DNA of 64,000 nt from an uncultured Nitrososphaerales archaeon (GCA_963737815.1 CAVTUB010000006.1:25824-89823); one strand, 5' to 3'; shown: positions 31,987-42,371, numbered from the stretch's first letter. Notes: generated from the letters alone by a model not told the origin. Program-made: numbers and translations.

Positions 31987-32745
31987 ATGGTGGATATGAC
32001 AATTCTGATCGTACTAGTCTCGTATTTTCTCACTTTCACCTCTGCTTCCCTCCAGATGAATTTGGAAAAAGGGGGGATATTTGATTCTGTAACCACTGCT
32101 GTATCCTCTTGGATTGCGGAATTTGGGTATCCTGCGGTCTTTATTGTTGCATTGCTTGAGAACTTATTTCCACCTATTCCAAGCGAGATCATATTTCCTC
32201 TTGTAGGATTTGTCGCTTATGACAAGAATCTGGGGATAGGCCATGCCATAGGGATGGGATTAGTAGGAGGGTTAGGCTCTACTGTGGGGGCAATAATAAT
32301 TTATTATGTAGCCCTAGAAATAGGGAAACCAGCGATATTAAGATTCGGAAGGTATGTCAGAGTCGGTGAACAAGGATTACTCAAGGCTGAATCATGGTTT
32401 CAAAAATATGGTGCAATAGCGGTTTTTTGTGGTCGAATGGCGCCTGGAATCCGCGAGCTAATTTCCATTCCGGCAGGAATAGGTCGGATGAATATTATAA
32501 AATTTGTTATCTTTACTTTCGCGGGATCAGCAATTTGGAGTGTTGCTTTAACACTTTTGGGCTATTTCCTTGGAGATGCCTGGACTAAAATATCAGAGCA
32601 GTTGTCATCTGTCTTTAGCATAGTTGCAGTCATTATAGTTATAATCGTTATTGCGGTCCTGGGATTAAGGTATTATTATGGTAAGAGGAACAGGGACCGA
32701 AAACGAGATTATAACACCTACACTGACTCCAACGGAAATACTTGA
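31987..32745 (+). CDS. DedA family membrane protein (start may be ~32056)
   Basis: LENLFPPIPSE, GRMAPGIRELISIPAG. Confidence 0.92.
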   Translation: MVDMTILIVLVSYFLTFTSASLQMNLEKGGIFDSVTTAVSSWIAEFGYPAVFIVALLENLFPPIPSEIIFPLVGFVAYDKNLGIGHAIGMGLVGGLGSTVGAIIIYYVALEIGKPAILRFGRYVRVGEQGLLKAESWFQKYGAIAVFCGRMAPGIRELISIPAGIGRMNIIKFVIFTFAGSAIWSVALTLLGYFLGDAWTKISEQLSSVFSIVAVIIVIIVIAVLGLRYYYGKRNRDRKRDYNTYTDSNGNT

Positions 32746-32919
32746 ACCACGACACAAAAGTCAATTTGATCTGAAAATTGCATCGATGCAGGAGTACTAT
32801 AGGTCAACTTTTAGTGAATCCTCATTCTATCCTAGATCCTTGAATTGGTTCAAGGAATAAGAAACGACGGGGTATATTCAACATTAGGCATATTCTAAAA
32901 CGCATGGCAGCCACAAGTC

Positions 32920-33609
32920 TTATTTTGTCTCGACCATCTCTGTGCTAGCAATTTTGGGGTTTTGACGTCTTTGCAATATAATAGTACTACTTACCATAGA
33001 AGAACTGGGAACAAGAACCGTATCTCCGTTTTCAGTCAAAAGCCTCGTATAAACTAATTCGATATCATATATTACTCCAGAATTGCCACTAATGGTAATC
33101 CTGTCACCTATTTTGAAAGGCCTTATTACTGATAGATAAAGACCAGATATCATATTTGCTAGAATATTTTGTGCAGCAAAACCGACAACGAGAGCAGATA
33201 TCGTACTGATAGACGCTGCTAAAATTGGATTTTGTGCAAGAAAAGATATAATTGTAGCGACTATTATAATTGTCCCGGTAATCCTAATGAGACTTCTTAT
33301 TGCCTTGGCAGTTCCGAGGGGACTGTTTGATAGACTGAGTCGGTAGGAAATACTGCTTATGGTTTCCAGAACGAAATAACCTATCACAGCAACTTGTGCG
33401 GCTTGGAGATACATCAATTCTTGAAAGGGCAATATGGCCTTTAGAAATAGGGTACTGATCGTTAGAGTGGCCGCGAGAACTATCGTTAATACGAGTATTT
33501 TTTTTATAATCGCCCTTATCGCATTTTTACCTCTATTATCGCCTCTTGCCGAAGCATTTTTGGGGCCTAATATTGTGTTACTTTGGGTATTTTCTTGTCC
33601 TTTTTTCAT
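32920..33609 (-). CDS. Small-conductance mechanosensitive channel (MscS) family protein
   Basis: GFAAQNILANMISG, RPFKIGDRI, TRLLTENGDTVLVP. Confidence 0.9.
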   Translation of the reverse strand: MKKGQENTQSNTILGPKNASARGDNRGKNAIRAIIKKILVLTIVLAATLTISTLFLKAILPFQELMYLQAAQVAVIGYFVLETISSISYRLSLSNSPLGTAKAIRSLIRITGTIIIVATIISFLAQNPILAASISTISALVVGFAAQNILANMISGLYLSVIRPFKIGDRITISGNSGVIYDIELVYTRLLTENGDTVLVPSSSMVSSTIILQRRQNPKIASTEMVETK

Positions 33610-33778
33610 TGTTGTTATTATGTGTGAAAAGACAAGATAAAAATAAATCTGATAGGTAACTTACATAACCACATAGGTTCACCGAATTAGGGTGTTGAAC
33701 GGCGGATTAAAATCTTATAATCATACTCGACATTCAGCAAGAAAAAGGCGAGACTCAGATATAATCCAAACAGGTATT

Positions 33779-34195
33779 TTATTGCCCTTGATCGGGGTAC
33801 CTGTCGAATCTTGATTTTTCTTTTTCAACTAGAGGGATAACCTTATCCATAATAATCGAATTGAAATCTTTCTGTCCAACATCTAATGTCAAAAGTAGAT
33901 AATAGCTTTCATTAATCGGTATGGTTGCGCGATTTAATTTCTGATATCTCCCGAATGCATAAAGCAAATTACCAATTTTTGGCTCAAATTTAACTCTAGT
34001 CTTTTGTCTAGATATTGTGTTGGCGGCATATTCTTCGTTTTCCTCCTCTGTTAGAAATAGTTTGACTCCTTCCTTGTGTTCGACGTTAAGTAAAATCCCA
34101 AACTTGTTGGTGATACCGACCCACCTGATGGCATTGTCTAACTTTAAGACTTCTTTTGTGAAAGAATAGAGAAACTCATAGTCAATCGTAGTCAT
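33779..34195 (-). CDS. Roadblock/profilin-like thaumarchaeal protein (DUF6659-like)
   Basis: LKLDNAIRWVGITNKFG...IGNLLY...TIP; paralog of 38872..39228. Confidence 0.7.
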   Translation of the reverse strand: MTTIDYEFLYSFTKEVLKLDNAIRWVGITNKFGILLNVEHKEGVKLFLTEEENEEYAANTISRQKTRVKFEPKIGNLLYAFGRYQKLNRATIPINESYYLLLTLDVGQKDFNSIIMDKVIPLVEKEKSRFDRYPDQGQ

Positions 34196-34480
34196 TGTCT
34201 ATCTAATACTCGTGGTCATTTGATTATTATTTTTTACCATCCCAGTCTAATGGGGATCGGGTATACTAGAAATTTTTCGAGTACTTCTGTATGGAGAAAC
34301 AACATTTTAATTCTTTAAAACCTTGGACAAATATCTAAATGAACGTTATTTACACAATTATCATTCTACCATGTTCGAAGCCAACTAATTTCCTACTTTC
34401 TATGGGGGCTCACACTTTGTCAAATGACAAAAAGCGTAAAGAAGAATTCCACTCTCTTCAACTTTTTTATCCCTATTGTA

Positions 34481-34735
34481 TCATATTCTTTCTTGTTGAA
34501 ATCCGAAGTAGCAGGAATGACATTGCATTTTTCCATAAATGACGCCACTTTTACCGCATGTAGTGCACGACTTATCGTAATCTATGGTCGAGTCTAAAGA
34601 TTTTGCCTTCTGTAGACATTTACCACAAATTGGTGCTTCGAGATTATGACTTGAAAGAAAGCCGGAGCCGCATTGGGTGCATCTTAAACTAAACATTTTT
34701 CCTTTGGGTTTCCAGCGTTTGAACAAATTAATCAT
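34481..34735 (-). CDS. Small protein with four CxxC pairs (double Zn-ribbon)
   Basis: CTQC, CGKC, CTTC, CHSC in 84 aa. Confidence 0.7.
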   Translation of the reverse strand: MINLFKRWKPKGKMFSLRCTQCGSGFLSSHNLEAPICGKCLQKAKSLDSTIDYDKSCTTCGKSGVIYGKMQCHSCYFGFQQERI

Positions 34736-35380
34736 AGATATTGATATTGATATTGGCCTTAACGATTAATTAAGATTTAGATCGTCGAGCCCTTTCTACG
34801 GTGACGAGGAATATTAACTTGGGCACAAAGAGTAAACAGCCATAATCAGGAAGAAGAGCCTTAGAAGACCTAGAGATTTTCTGGTAGAGTCCACTCATAA
34901 CAATTCTAAACATATACGGAAGCCCAGTACCCGAGCTTCGGGTTTAAAATAATATCAGCTACCGGTTTTTCCTTTGATGCCAATCGTAACCATCCCCGTC
35001 TCATGTTAATCATGTCATGGAAATCTTACTAAAAAGAACTTACTCCTCTTGAAGCACAAGCAATTATCTCTTTTCTATAGCCGCGAACAAGGTACGCCGT
35101 ACTCCTTTGCTTAACGGCCAAAGCTCAAGACTGGCAATTGTGACCGAATGTCCTATATCTTTGACTACGAATCCAAAAAGAACAGTGATAGAGTGATTAA
35201 GACCAAAAAAATTGTACATCAATAATCAAATAGAGCAGGAGCTGGGAAGAAAAATAAGTTAAAAATTAATGGATTGTGATTTAATTTCATATAATATTCA
35301 TATCACAAATATTAAGAAATCTCCGGCGGTGTCCAGGACGAAGCTTCTTGCTTCGCACATAGGATGCGCTTATCTTCACC

Positions 35381-36550
35381 TCATCCTGCAGGGGACACAG
35401 TCGTCGCATTTCCAGTCTGGTTCTCGCCTGTTGCCGCAGCCGTAGTGTTGCCACCTGTCGAGGGCTGTGCTATGATTCCGAACTTTGAGCTCTCTACAAA
35501 CTCCCCCATCGCAGTCCCACCAACTGCCTCGACTGTGACTTCGATATCTTTGGGACCCTCATTTTCGAATGTCATCTGTTGTATACCAGTTCCATCATCT
35601 GCTTTTTGGTTCTTAAGATCTTTTAGCACCTTACCATCTGACTCCGTAACCGTGAAACCATATCTCACACTATTGATTATTTTCTCCGCAGCATTAGTAA
35701 AAATTAAGCCAAATTCGACGGGCTGCCCAACTTGAATTAAAGGTGGATCCCATAGTAATTGTATTATATAGGTCCCACGAGCCGTCTGGAGCTTCAAAGG
35801 TGGCTTGGGAATCTCTATCTGACTCTGTGGTGCTGGGGGCTGTCCTTGACCTGTTGCCTGTAAATCATAAACATATTGTATTGGAGGATTGCCAGTGGTT
35901 ACGTCCGCAAAAGTCTCAGCCTTGACTGGGTAAGGGAGGTCTCTATTGACCCAAATCTGATTATCAACCCCTTTATGATAAGCTATTAGTGTCGTATCAT
36001 AGGTTCCGGCGGGAACAGTCACTTTAGCCGCTCCGCCTGGATTAACAGGGGGTCCACCTATTGAGCCAATCTTGCCCCAATTAGCAGCCGATAAAGATTG
36101 GCCAGGTTTGGGAACAAATGATTCAAGCCATTGAAGCGTATTCGCATACGCACTTCTATAAGGTGACATTTCTGCTGAAATATCAGAGCTTCCAAGTGCT
36201 GTTAAATCTAAATCACTTAAATGAAAAGTACCATTAAGCACATTTCCTTTATCAACAACAAATACTGGTGCTACCCAATACTTTCCTGTTTCGTTGAAAT
36301 CTTTAAAATATATTGTCATAGTGAAAGGTTGACCTTGATTCGTATCGGCATTCTGGATCTTGTATGTGTAGTACGTATTTTCTTTGGCTCCTTTACCGAG
36401 ATACCACGTGTCACTTTGAGCGTAGGCCGATATAGCACCTGATATCGCTATGGAGGAGCCTAACAGGGAAATCGCAAACAGCGCCGCCAGTGCTAAAGTA
36501 AACCTAGCACTTAAACATTTTACAACGCGCAGGTTTCTACTAATTCTCAT
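35381..36550 (-). CDS. Secreted/surface protein, beta-rich
   Basis: Signal peptide ending AYAQ, KVTVPAGTY motif, Ig-like C-terminal part, Thr/Gly tail. Confidence 0.75.
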   Translation of the reverse strand: MRISRNLRVVKCLSARFTLALAALFAISLLGSSIAISGAISAYAQSDTWYLGKGAKENTYYTYKIQNADTNQGQPFTMTIYFKDFNETGKYWVAPVFVVDKGNVLNGTFHLSDLDLTALGSSDISAEMSPYRSAYANTLQWLESFVPKPGQSLSAANWGKIGSIGGPPVNPGGAAKVTVPAGTYDTTLIAYHKGVDNQIWVNRDLPYPVKAETFADVTTGNPPIQYVYDLQATGQGQPPAPQSQIEIPKPPLKLQTARGTYIIQLLWDPPLIQVGQPVEFGLIFTNAAEKIINSVRYGFTVTESDGKVLKDLKNQKADDGTGIQQMTFENEGPKDIEVTVEAVGGTAMGEFVESSKFGIIAQPSTGGNTTAAATGENQTGNATTVSPAG

Positions 36551-36704
36551 TACTTTAAATACACTCTAACGGACTCATAAAGGTTTTCAGATCCAAAACT
36601 CTCCAAGTAATAATTAAAACTAAGCAAAATTCACCACTTTTAGAGAACCAAATGAAATTGATGTTAGACAAAAGAATAATTATGACTTTTCCCATTCCTT
36701 AAGT

Positions 36705-36872
36705 ATGTGCAACTGTCCGAGTGTCCAATTCTATGAAGTAGATTTTAAGCTTGCGGGAATGCAAGTGGTACCGACACATAAGAACTGTGGGGATGCTTTA
36801 AGCGAAGAACAGCACTCGAAATTCGAAAAGGAACTTATAAAATACTGGGGTTTCGAGGAAAAGCCTCGGTAA
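36705..36872 (+). CDS. Small Cys/His-containing protein (55 aa from ATG; frame open back to 36624)
   Basis: MCNCPSVQFYEVDFKLAGMQVVPTHKNCGD...YWG; hand translation. Confidence 0.6.
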   Translation: MCNCPSVQFYEVDFKLAGMQVVPTHKNCGDALSEEQHSKFEKELIKYWGFEEKPR

Positions 36873-36977
36873 GAGGAAAATCTTTTATTGACTGTTTACT
36901 TCTGAGCCTCATAGACAAGCCCTGTATTTTCGTCAACTTTATAAATAGCCACAATAATTCTGCTATAGGTGATTTGA

Positions 36978-37232
36978 GTGACTAAAATGTTAACAGTGAA
37001 TATCGATACATCCGGCGTTGATCAAAATGAAGCAACGGAGTGGGTCAACGAGATGGCTAATGTCTACGCAGATATGGAAATTGAAGACGTGAAGGTATCG
37101 GGCAATAAGATCTCCTTCAAAGCAGGGTTCTCCGGAATGGACGACACTGACCCAGATGACGTCAAGATGAAGGTCGATGAATACCTTACGATGAACGAGG
37201 CATTTCAAGCCAATAGTGTAAACGTCAAATAA
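36978..37232 (+). CDS. Conserved acidic small protein, 84 aa
   Basis: TTTATAAATA upstream, C-ending codon bias, T-rich tract after the stop. Confidence 0.8.
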   Translation: MTKMLTVNIDTSGVDQNEATEWVNEMANVYADMEIEDVKVSGNKISFKAGFSGMDDTDPDDVKMKVDEYLTMNEAFQANSVNVK

Positions 37233-37342
37233 TCTAACACCTTCTTCTTTATTTCTTTGCCAAATATTGATCCTTAACAGTCATAACGGTTTACTACACA
37301 ACTTTAAATACCACATGAGGAGATACAAGACAGTTAATTCCT

Positions 37343-37582
37343 ATGACGTGCAAAGGTATATGTATTCGTCACAAAGCCCAGAAGCCGGTAGGTTCGGGCA
37401 GATATGCTAGTGGGCAAAAACGTTGTCAGATATGTGAAATATTCATCAAGTGGGATGGACTATGGTGTCCATGTTGCGGATATCGCTTAAGAACTAAGCC
37501 ACGAAATTTAAAGTATAAAGCGAAGCTAAGAGCCAAAAACAAAAGATTAGAACCGCTAGAAGCAGCCCTAGTCGTACGTTAG
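37343..37582 (+). CDS. Small basic Cys-rich Zn-finger protein
   Basis: CKGIC, CQIC, WCPCCGYRLR; TTTAAATA upstream. Confidence 0.82.
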   Translation: MTCKGICIRHKAQKPVGSGRYASGQKRCQICEIFIKWDGLWCPCCGYRLRTKPRNLKYKAKLRAKNKRLEPLEAALVVR

Positions 37583-38463
37583 TTCCCCAAGGCATCCTTA
37601 CATGCCTTCACTAGTCGTTCATGTAACTTGCAATTTGATTGTGAGTCATTAGTCAAATCTAAGAGGATTTCAATTGGTCTCATGTATCGGCGAAGAAAAA
37701 CTTCCTCTTTGGAGGAAAAATATGTGGCGGCGACCTTGCCAATATAATGATAACAATCAGCAACCCTTCCTCTAGATAGTAGCCATTGTGACTTAGCCAA
37801 CCATAGGTCACTGCCAAACTCCATTTTATTGATGCCTCTTATCACTTTTAGTGATCTAGATACAGCAGAACGGCCTGCCCTCTCAATCCCAATGCATTCA
37901 AGTGCGTAATTGATGCCCGATGCAATATTGGACCTTTTTACATCCAAACCTCGTATTTGTTCTAACTCATGAACAGGAGAAGATTTGATACCATGCAACG
38001 CAAGTATTCCTTCAATGAAATGGTAAGCCGCTATCTTTAGCCACAGGGAAGACAACGAGGGACATCTAAATAGATTCTTGTCGATTACTTCGATCAAAAA
38101 GAGGGAGTCAATAATTTTTTTTTTCCCATAAGACTGAAGCAACTGAGCATATTTTTTTTCCCTTAGCTTGGCTAGCAACGAAGATACGAGGAAACTATCA
38201 TAGTCTTTTATCATAATCATGTCTTGGATATGGATGTAGCTGGATTCATCTAATTTAAAAAAAGGAATGAATTCTAAGGTAGTGTCTTTTAAGGTTATAA
38301 CTCGATCAAGGCTACTTTTCGTATTTTCACAAAAAATTGCTATATCATACTCGCAACACTTGAAGGATTTTTGGCCACTATCAGCGCGACATCCGATGAG
38401 ACCTGCAGGATAGGGACTATTATCATTAACATACTGCACAACTGATGGTGGGATCGCTGTCAT
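37579..38463 (-). CDS. Hypothetical protein, degenerate nucleotidyltransferase-like
   Basis: GLIGCR...CCEYDIAIF resembles a GS...DxD NTase motif, followed by a helical domain. Confidence 0.55.
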   Translation of the reverse strand: MTAIPPSVVQYVNDNSPYPAGLIGCRADSGQKSFKCCEYDIAIFCENTKSSLDRVITLKDTTLEFIPFFKLDESSYIHIQDMIMIKDYDSFLVSSLLAKLREKKYAQLLQSYGKKKIIDSLFLIEVIDKNLFRCPSLSSLWLKIAAYHFIEGILALHGIKSSPVHELEQIRGLDVKRSNIASGINYALECIGIERAGRSAVSRSLKVIRGINKMEFGSDLWLAKSQWLLSRGRVADCYHYIGKVAATYFSSKEEVFLRRYMRPIEILLDLTNDSQSNCKLHERLVKACKDALGN

Positions 38464-38590
38464 AAAAGGAGGAAAACCTTCTGTATAATAAAAATAAAAT
38501 TATACCAAATGATTAACAAAGGCGGTACCGCTCACCATATCCCAGAGAGTCATAAGTTTTATATGAAGATAGTAGGTCAGAATTGATCCA

Positions 38591-38666
38591 GCTCCGGTGG
38601 TGTAGTCCGGTTAAGCATTTCGCCCTCTCAAGGCGACGATCCCGGGTTCAAATCCCGGCCGGAGCA
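38591..38666 (+). tRNA. tRNA-Glu(CTC)
   Basis: GCTCCGG/CCGGAGC acceptor, TCGCC-CTCTCAA-GGCGA arm. Confidence 0.95.
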
Positions 38667-38871
38667 ATTTGCAAATTCTGCTATCGGATTCAGTAGTCCG
38701 GTATAATATCTTCATCTTTTCCAGGCTACATTCGTGGCCAGAATAATAGGGGGACTATCGTACTCGTCATCATCCTGTAGCTGCATCTATTATCTCCAGA
38801 AAGTACTAATAACCTTTCCTTGTCATACAAACAAGGCTCACTTACTATGACAAATCCCGTCCAGATCTTAT

Positions 38872-39228
38872 TCAATTCCTGAGGCCTATTGACCTGAACA
38901 CTTCACTCTTTAAATTCATTATATCTACGTCAGGAGATACTGATATACAAAGAATTTTACCTTCCTTAAGCGGTATAGTCATGAGGATAACTTTTTTATA
39001 CTCTGTAATATTATAAACAACGTTACCCAGGTTATCGGAAAACTCTTTGAGCGAGCCTATCGCTGACAATGAGTCAAGGTAAAGTTGTTGCTCCCTCTTC
39101 TGATCCAATAGCGGTTCTACCTGTTGTTGAAAACCACCTTCAATCACCTCACCTCTGTTCGTTACTACCCCGGCGAAACGAATACGCCTATCTATGTCAA
39201 GGATTCGGGTGCTGATTTTTTCTTCCAT
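38872..39228 (-). CDS. Roadblock/profilin-like thaumarchaeal protein (DUF6659-like)
   Basis: ILDIDRRIRFAGVVTNRG...LGNVVY...TIPL. Confidence 0.72.
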   Translation of the reverse strand: MEEKISTRILDIDRRIRFAGVVTNRGEVIEGGFQQQVEPLLDQKREQQLYLDSLSAIGSLKEFSDNLGNVVYNITEYKKVILMTIPLKEGKILCISVSPDVDIMNLKSEVFRSIGLRN

Positions 39229-39291
39229 ATTGTATCATCAATCTCAGAAGGTTCGGATTGAAAAAATTTTCCTCGGTTCTAAAGATGGATG

Positions 39292-39456
39292 TCATAGAAT
39301 GTCAGCGGTTCGAGTTATCAAAGAATGTCCATCTTTGATGTGAGAATGATAGTGTATTCTGACAAGTTCTGCGATATTGATGTCTGAGAAATATCTGGTA
39401 TTGTACTTCGCCAAAAGCGTATTACAATCCTGACAGTATATGTGTTTAAATTTCAT
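39292..39456 (-). CDS. Zn-binding microprotein, 54 aa
   Basis: MKFKHIYCQDCNTLLAKYN...HYHSHIKDGH; TTTTATA upstream; hand translation. Confidence 0.7.
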   Translation of the reverse strand: MKFKHIYCQDCNTLLAKYNTRYFSDINIAELVRIHYHSHIKDGHSLITRTADIL

Positions 39457-39517
39457 GTGTTCATTATATTCAAAGTGCTATAAAAGATATCTTCCTAAGA
39501 CCTTGCCATTTCAAACC

Positions 39518-40144
39518 TCAGTTGTTCTTAAGGTTTAACCGTTCAATAATTTTTTCATTATTAGGGAAGGTTACTTTTGACATTTTGTAATAAATGACCT
39601 CGCCTCGCCTTTCGATCACAGCAACAACTGCATCCTTCCCCATTTTTGTAATATGATCAATCGTCTCAGCCAGGTTTTCTGCCTTGATTTTCGTACCTTC
39701 ACTTATTCCAAAGACTACATATTTGGCAGCTTTCTTTTCGTATTCTCCCCTTTCGTATACCCTGAAATCGACACCGAATCCAAATCCTTCCTTTGGGATA
39801 TAGCCTCTACTTCTCAGATCGCGGTAAACCATGAATCTGGTGAGAACGTGTTTGTCTCGTTTAAGAAGAATTCTCACAAGATCGTCAAAATTGATCATGT
39901 TGTCATGGTCTCTCATTATTAGTTTCTTGGTATAACTCAAATAAAGTGCCTCATAGGATCTCAATACATGATCACCATTTTCCTTTTCTCCAAAGCCCCT
40001 GTTCCTTAGCTGATCACGATGTTTTTCGTCATCAACAATAACTTTATGTTGCTTCCTGTCGAGCCTTGCTTCAATTGATTGTTGAAACTCGTTGTTAACC
40101 ATTGAAGTGCGTTCCGGGAAAGGCGATTCGCTAAATTCTGGCAT
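39518..40144 (-). CDS. endA: tRNA-splicing endonuclease subunit (possibly structural subunit); start uncertain (40102-40171)
   Basis: YEALYL, FMVYRDLRSRGY, GFGFGVDFRVY, GEVIYY. Confidence 0.88.
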   Translation of the reverse strand: MPEFSESPFPERTSMVNNEFQQSIEARLDRKQHKVIVDDEKHRDQLRNRGFGEKENGDHVLRSYEALYLSYTKKLIMRDHDNMINFDDLVRILLKRDKHVLTRFMVYRDLRSRGYIPKEGFGFGVDFRVYERGEYEKKAAKYVVFGISEGTKIKAENLAETIDHITKMGKDAVVAVIERRGEVIYYKMSKVTFPNNEKIIERLNLKNN

Positions 40145-40197
40145 AACAAATAAATCACACTCGGATAACATTTAAGCATTCAAAAGTAGAGTTTTAT

Positions 40198-40718
40198 ATG
40201 AAAGGAGTTAACTATCGTGAGCCTCGAGGCATGCCTTATGTTAGGCGCGAATACATCAAAGGAAAGCCTCAGATTAAGATCGCGAGATTTTCTTCTGGCC
40301 AATTTAAGGATAATTATTATGACTATAAAGTAGAGCTACTTGCAACCGAAAAGATTCAAATAAGACACAATGCCCTCGAGTCAGCGAGATTAGCCGCTAA
40401 CAAGACTATGGCAACAGCCGGTGAGACCAGCTTTTTTCATCTCTGAAAGTTTATCCTCATGTACTTCTAAGAGAGAACAAAATGATAGCAACAGCCGGAG
40501 CTGACCGTCTTCAGGAAGGGATGCGAAGAGCATTTGGTAAGGCCACAGGACTAGCTGCGAGAATTCGACCTGACCAAGTAATATATGAAGCATATGTTAC
40601 AGCTACAAATCTATCTCTTGCAAAAGATGCCTTTAAGGTAGCATCTAGCAAATTGGGCTGTCCTATCCTAGTACGTGTAACACCTCTTAAGGATATGACG
40701 CACAAGACAGAAGAATAA
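40198..40718 (+). CDS. rpl10e: 50S ribosomal protein L10e/uL16, frameshifted in a T6 run at ~40432
   Basis: IRHNALESAR, then other frame VYPHVLLRENKMIATAGADRLQEGMRRAFGK. Confidence 0.93.
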
Positions 40719-41035
40719 TCATTAAAACAATATGAGAACCGATTGTAGAAATTATTATTGAAGGCATGCAGATGCCTTATGCTGATCATAACAATAATAA
40801 ATTTGTATATTTCTTTCATTGAAACATCAAGAAGGAATTGCTTTAGGTCGCTTCTATTTATTTATAATTTAAAAACACGAAAAAGTCAATTTAGCGATAG
40901 GCTCAGTCAAAAAATCAGGACCAGGGCTATAATCTGACCTTCCATCTTGACCAAAAAATAAGCCGGTGATTACATACAACCGGTATCACAAGATTTATTC
41001 AATGAAAGAATGTAACCTTAAGAAGAGAACTAGAT

Positions 41036-42232
41036 ATGACTCTCCGGGTAATTTCGGATCTTGAGGATTCTAAATTTAAGAATAAAAAAGTTCTTGTCAG
41101 AGTCGATTTCAACGTGAATATAGAAAACGGTTCAGTGGGAGAAGACTATCGTATTCGTATGACGCTTCCCACTATAGAATACCTGACAAAGAGAGGAGCA
41201 AAGGTATTACTCGCTTCCCATCTTGGTAGACCGGATTTTCCGGGCCCCAAATTTTCCCTTGCCCCCGTTGCCGCCAGGTTATCTGAAATATTAGCCAAGT
41301 CAAAAGTCAGGTTCGTACAGGACTGCATTGGTGAAACTGTAAACAAGGTCGCATCAGAAATCCAACCTGGAGACGTTTTGTTGCTCGAAAATCTTAGGTT
41401 TCATAAAGAAGAAGAAGCTAATGATCCCCGATTCTGTGAAGCCTTGGCTTCATTGGCAGATATTTATGTTAACGACGCTTTCAGTACGTCTCACAGAAAA
41501 CATTCTTCAACTTACGGCGCCGCTCGATTATTTGAGACAAGGCTGGCAGGCTTAAACCTTAACAAGGAAATCGATTACCTCTCAATGATTAAAGAAAATC
41601 CAAGTAAGCCCTTTTCTTTAGTTATTGGGGGAATTAAAATAAAGGACAAAATAGGGGCTCTTGAAAATTTACTCCCTAAGGCTGACAAATTGCTAATCGG
41701 GGGCGGTGCCGCCTATACTTTTTTAAAGGCAAAAGGAGTTAATATCGGCAACTCAATTGTCGACTATGATCATCTGCCTTGGGTAACCAAAGCGCTTTCA
41801 GAGTTTGGCTATAAGATTCTGCTACCTACGGATCACTTGGTTGCATCTTCGAGAAATAATAACTTTACCACAATGGTAAAAAGTGACATTCCAGAAGGTA
41901 TGGCAGGATTTGATATAGGCAATGAAACGGTACAGCGCTATTCACTCGAAATAGGGGGCAACGGGGCAGGAACAGTTTTTTGGAATGGTCCTATGGGTCT
42001 TTTCGAAATTGGTGCGTTCTCAAATGGGACGATAAACGTTGCCAAGAGCATGGCTTTGGCTTTCTGGCGTGGTTCGAAGACTCTAATTGGAGGGGGGGAC
42101 ACACTAGAAGCGATGAAACGGGCTGGAGTTACAGAAAGTGAGGTAAGCCATGTTTCAACCGGTGGCGGTGCCACGCTTAGATTCCTCGCTGCTGACGAGA
42201 TGCCAGGGTTAAATGCATTAGAGAATATATAA
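41036..42232 (+). CDS. pgk: Phosphoglycerate kinase
   Basis: RVDFNV, SHLGRP, LLENLRF, NDAF, WNGPMG, STGGGA. Confidence 0.96.
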   Translation: MTLRVISDLEDSKFKNKKVLVRVDFNVNIENGSVGEDYRIRMTLPTIEYLTKRGAKVLLASHLGRPDFPGPKFSLAPVAARLSEILAKSKVRFVQDCIGETVNKVASEIQPGDVLLLENLRFHKEEEANDPRFCEALASLADIYVNDAFSTSHRKHSSTYGAARLFETRLAGLNLNKEIDYLSMIKENPSKPFSLVIGGIKIKDKIGALENLLPKADKLLIGGGAAYTFLKAKGVNIGNSIVDYDHLPWVTKALSEFGYKILLPTDHLVASSRNNNFTTMVKSDIPEGMAGFDIGNETVQRYSLEIGGNGAGTVFWNGPMGLFEIGAFSNGTINVAKSMALAFWRGSKTLIGGGDTLEAMKRAGVTESEVSHVSTGGGATLRFLAADEMPGLNALENI

Positions 42233-42371
42233 TCACAAAGCTACAAGTATTTGTAATTCGTACTATTCCAGTTCACAGATGCAATAAATTTTTTTTATTC
42301 CGAACAAAGGAGCAACATAGGAGCTCGAATACGTGTCAAACATCCCAACTACCACTACCACGTAACCTCGT

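Noticed and set aside
34737-34756. (GATATT)x3 repeat upstream of the 4xCxxC gene
   Set aside because: Short AT-rich microsatellite with no evidence of function
38682-38703. GTAGTCCGGT downstream of tRNA-Glu(CTC), matching its D-arm, as a tRNA fragment or att site
   Set aside because: Only 10 nt, not the 3' end, explained by a local hairpin, and no cloverleaf can be built
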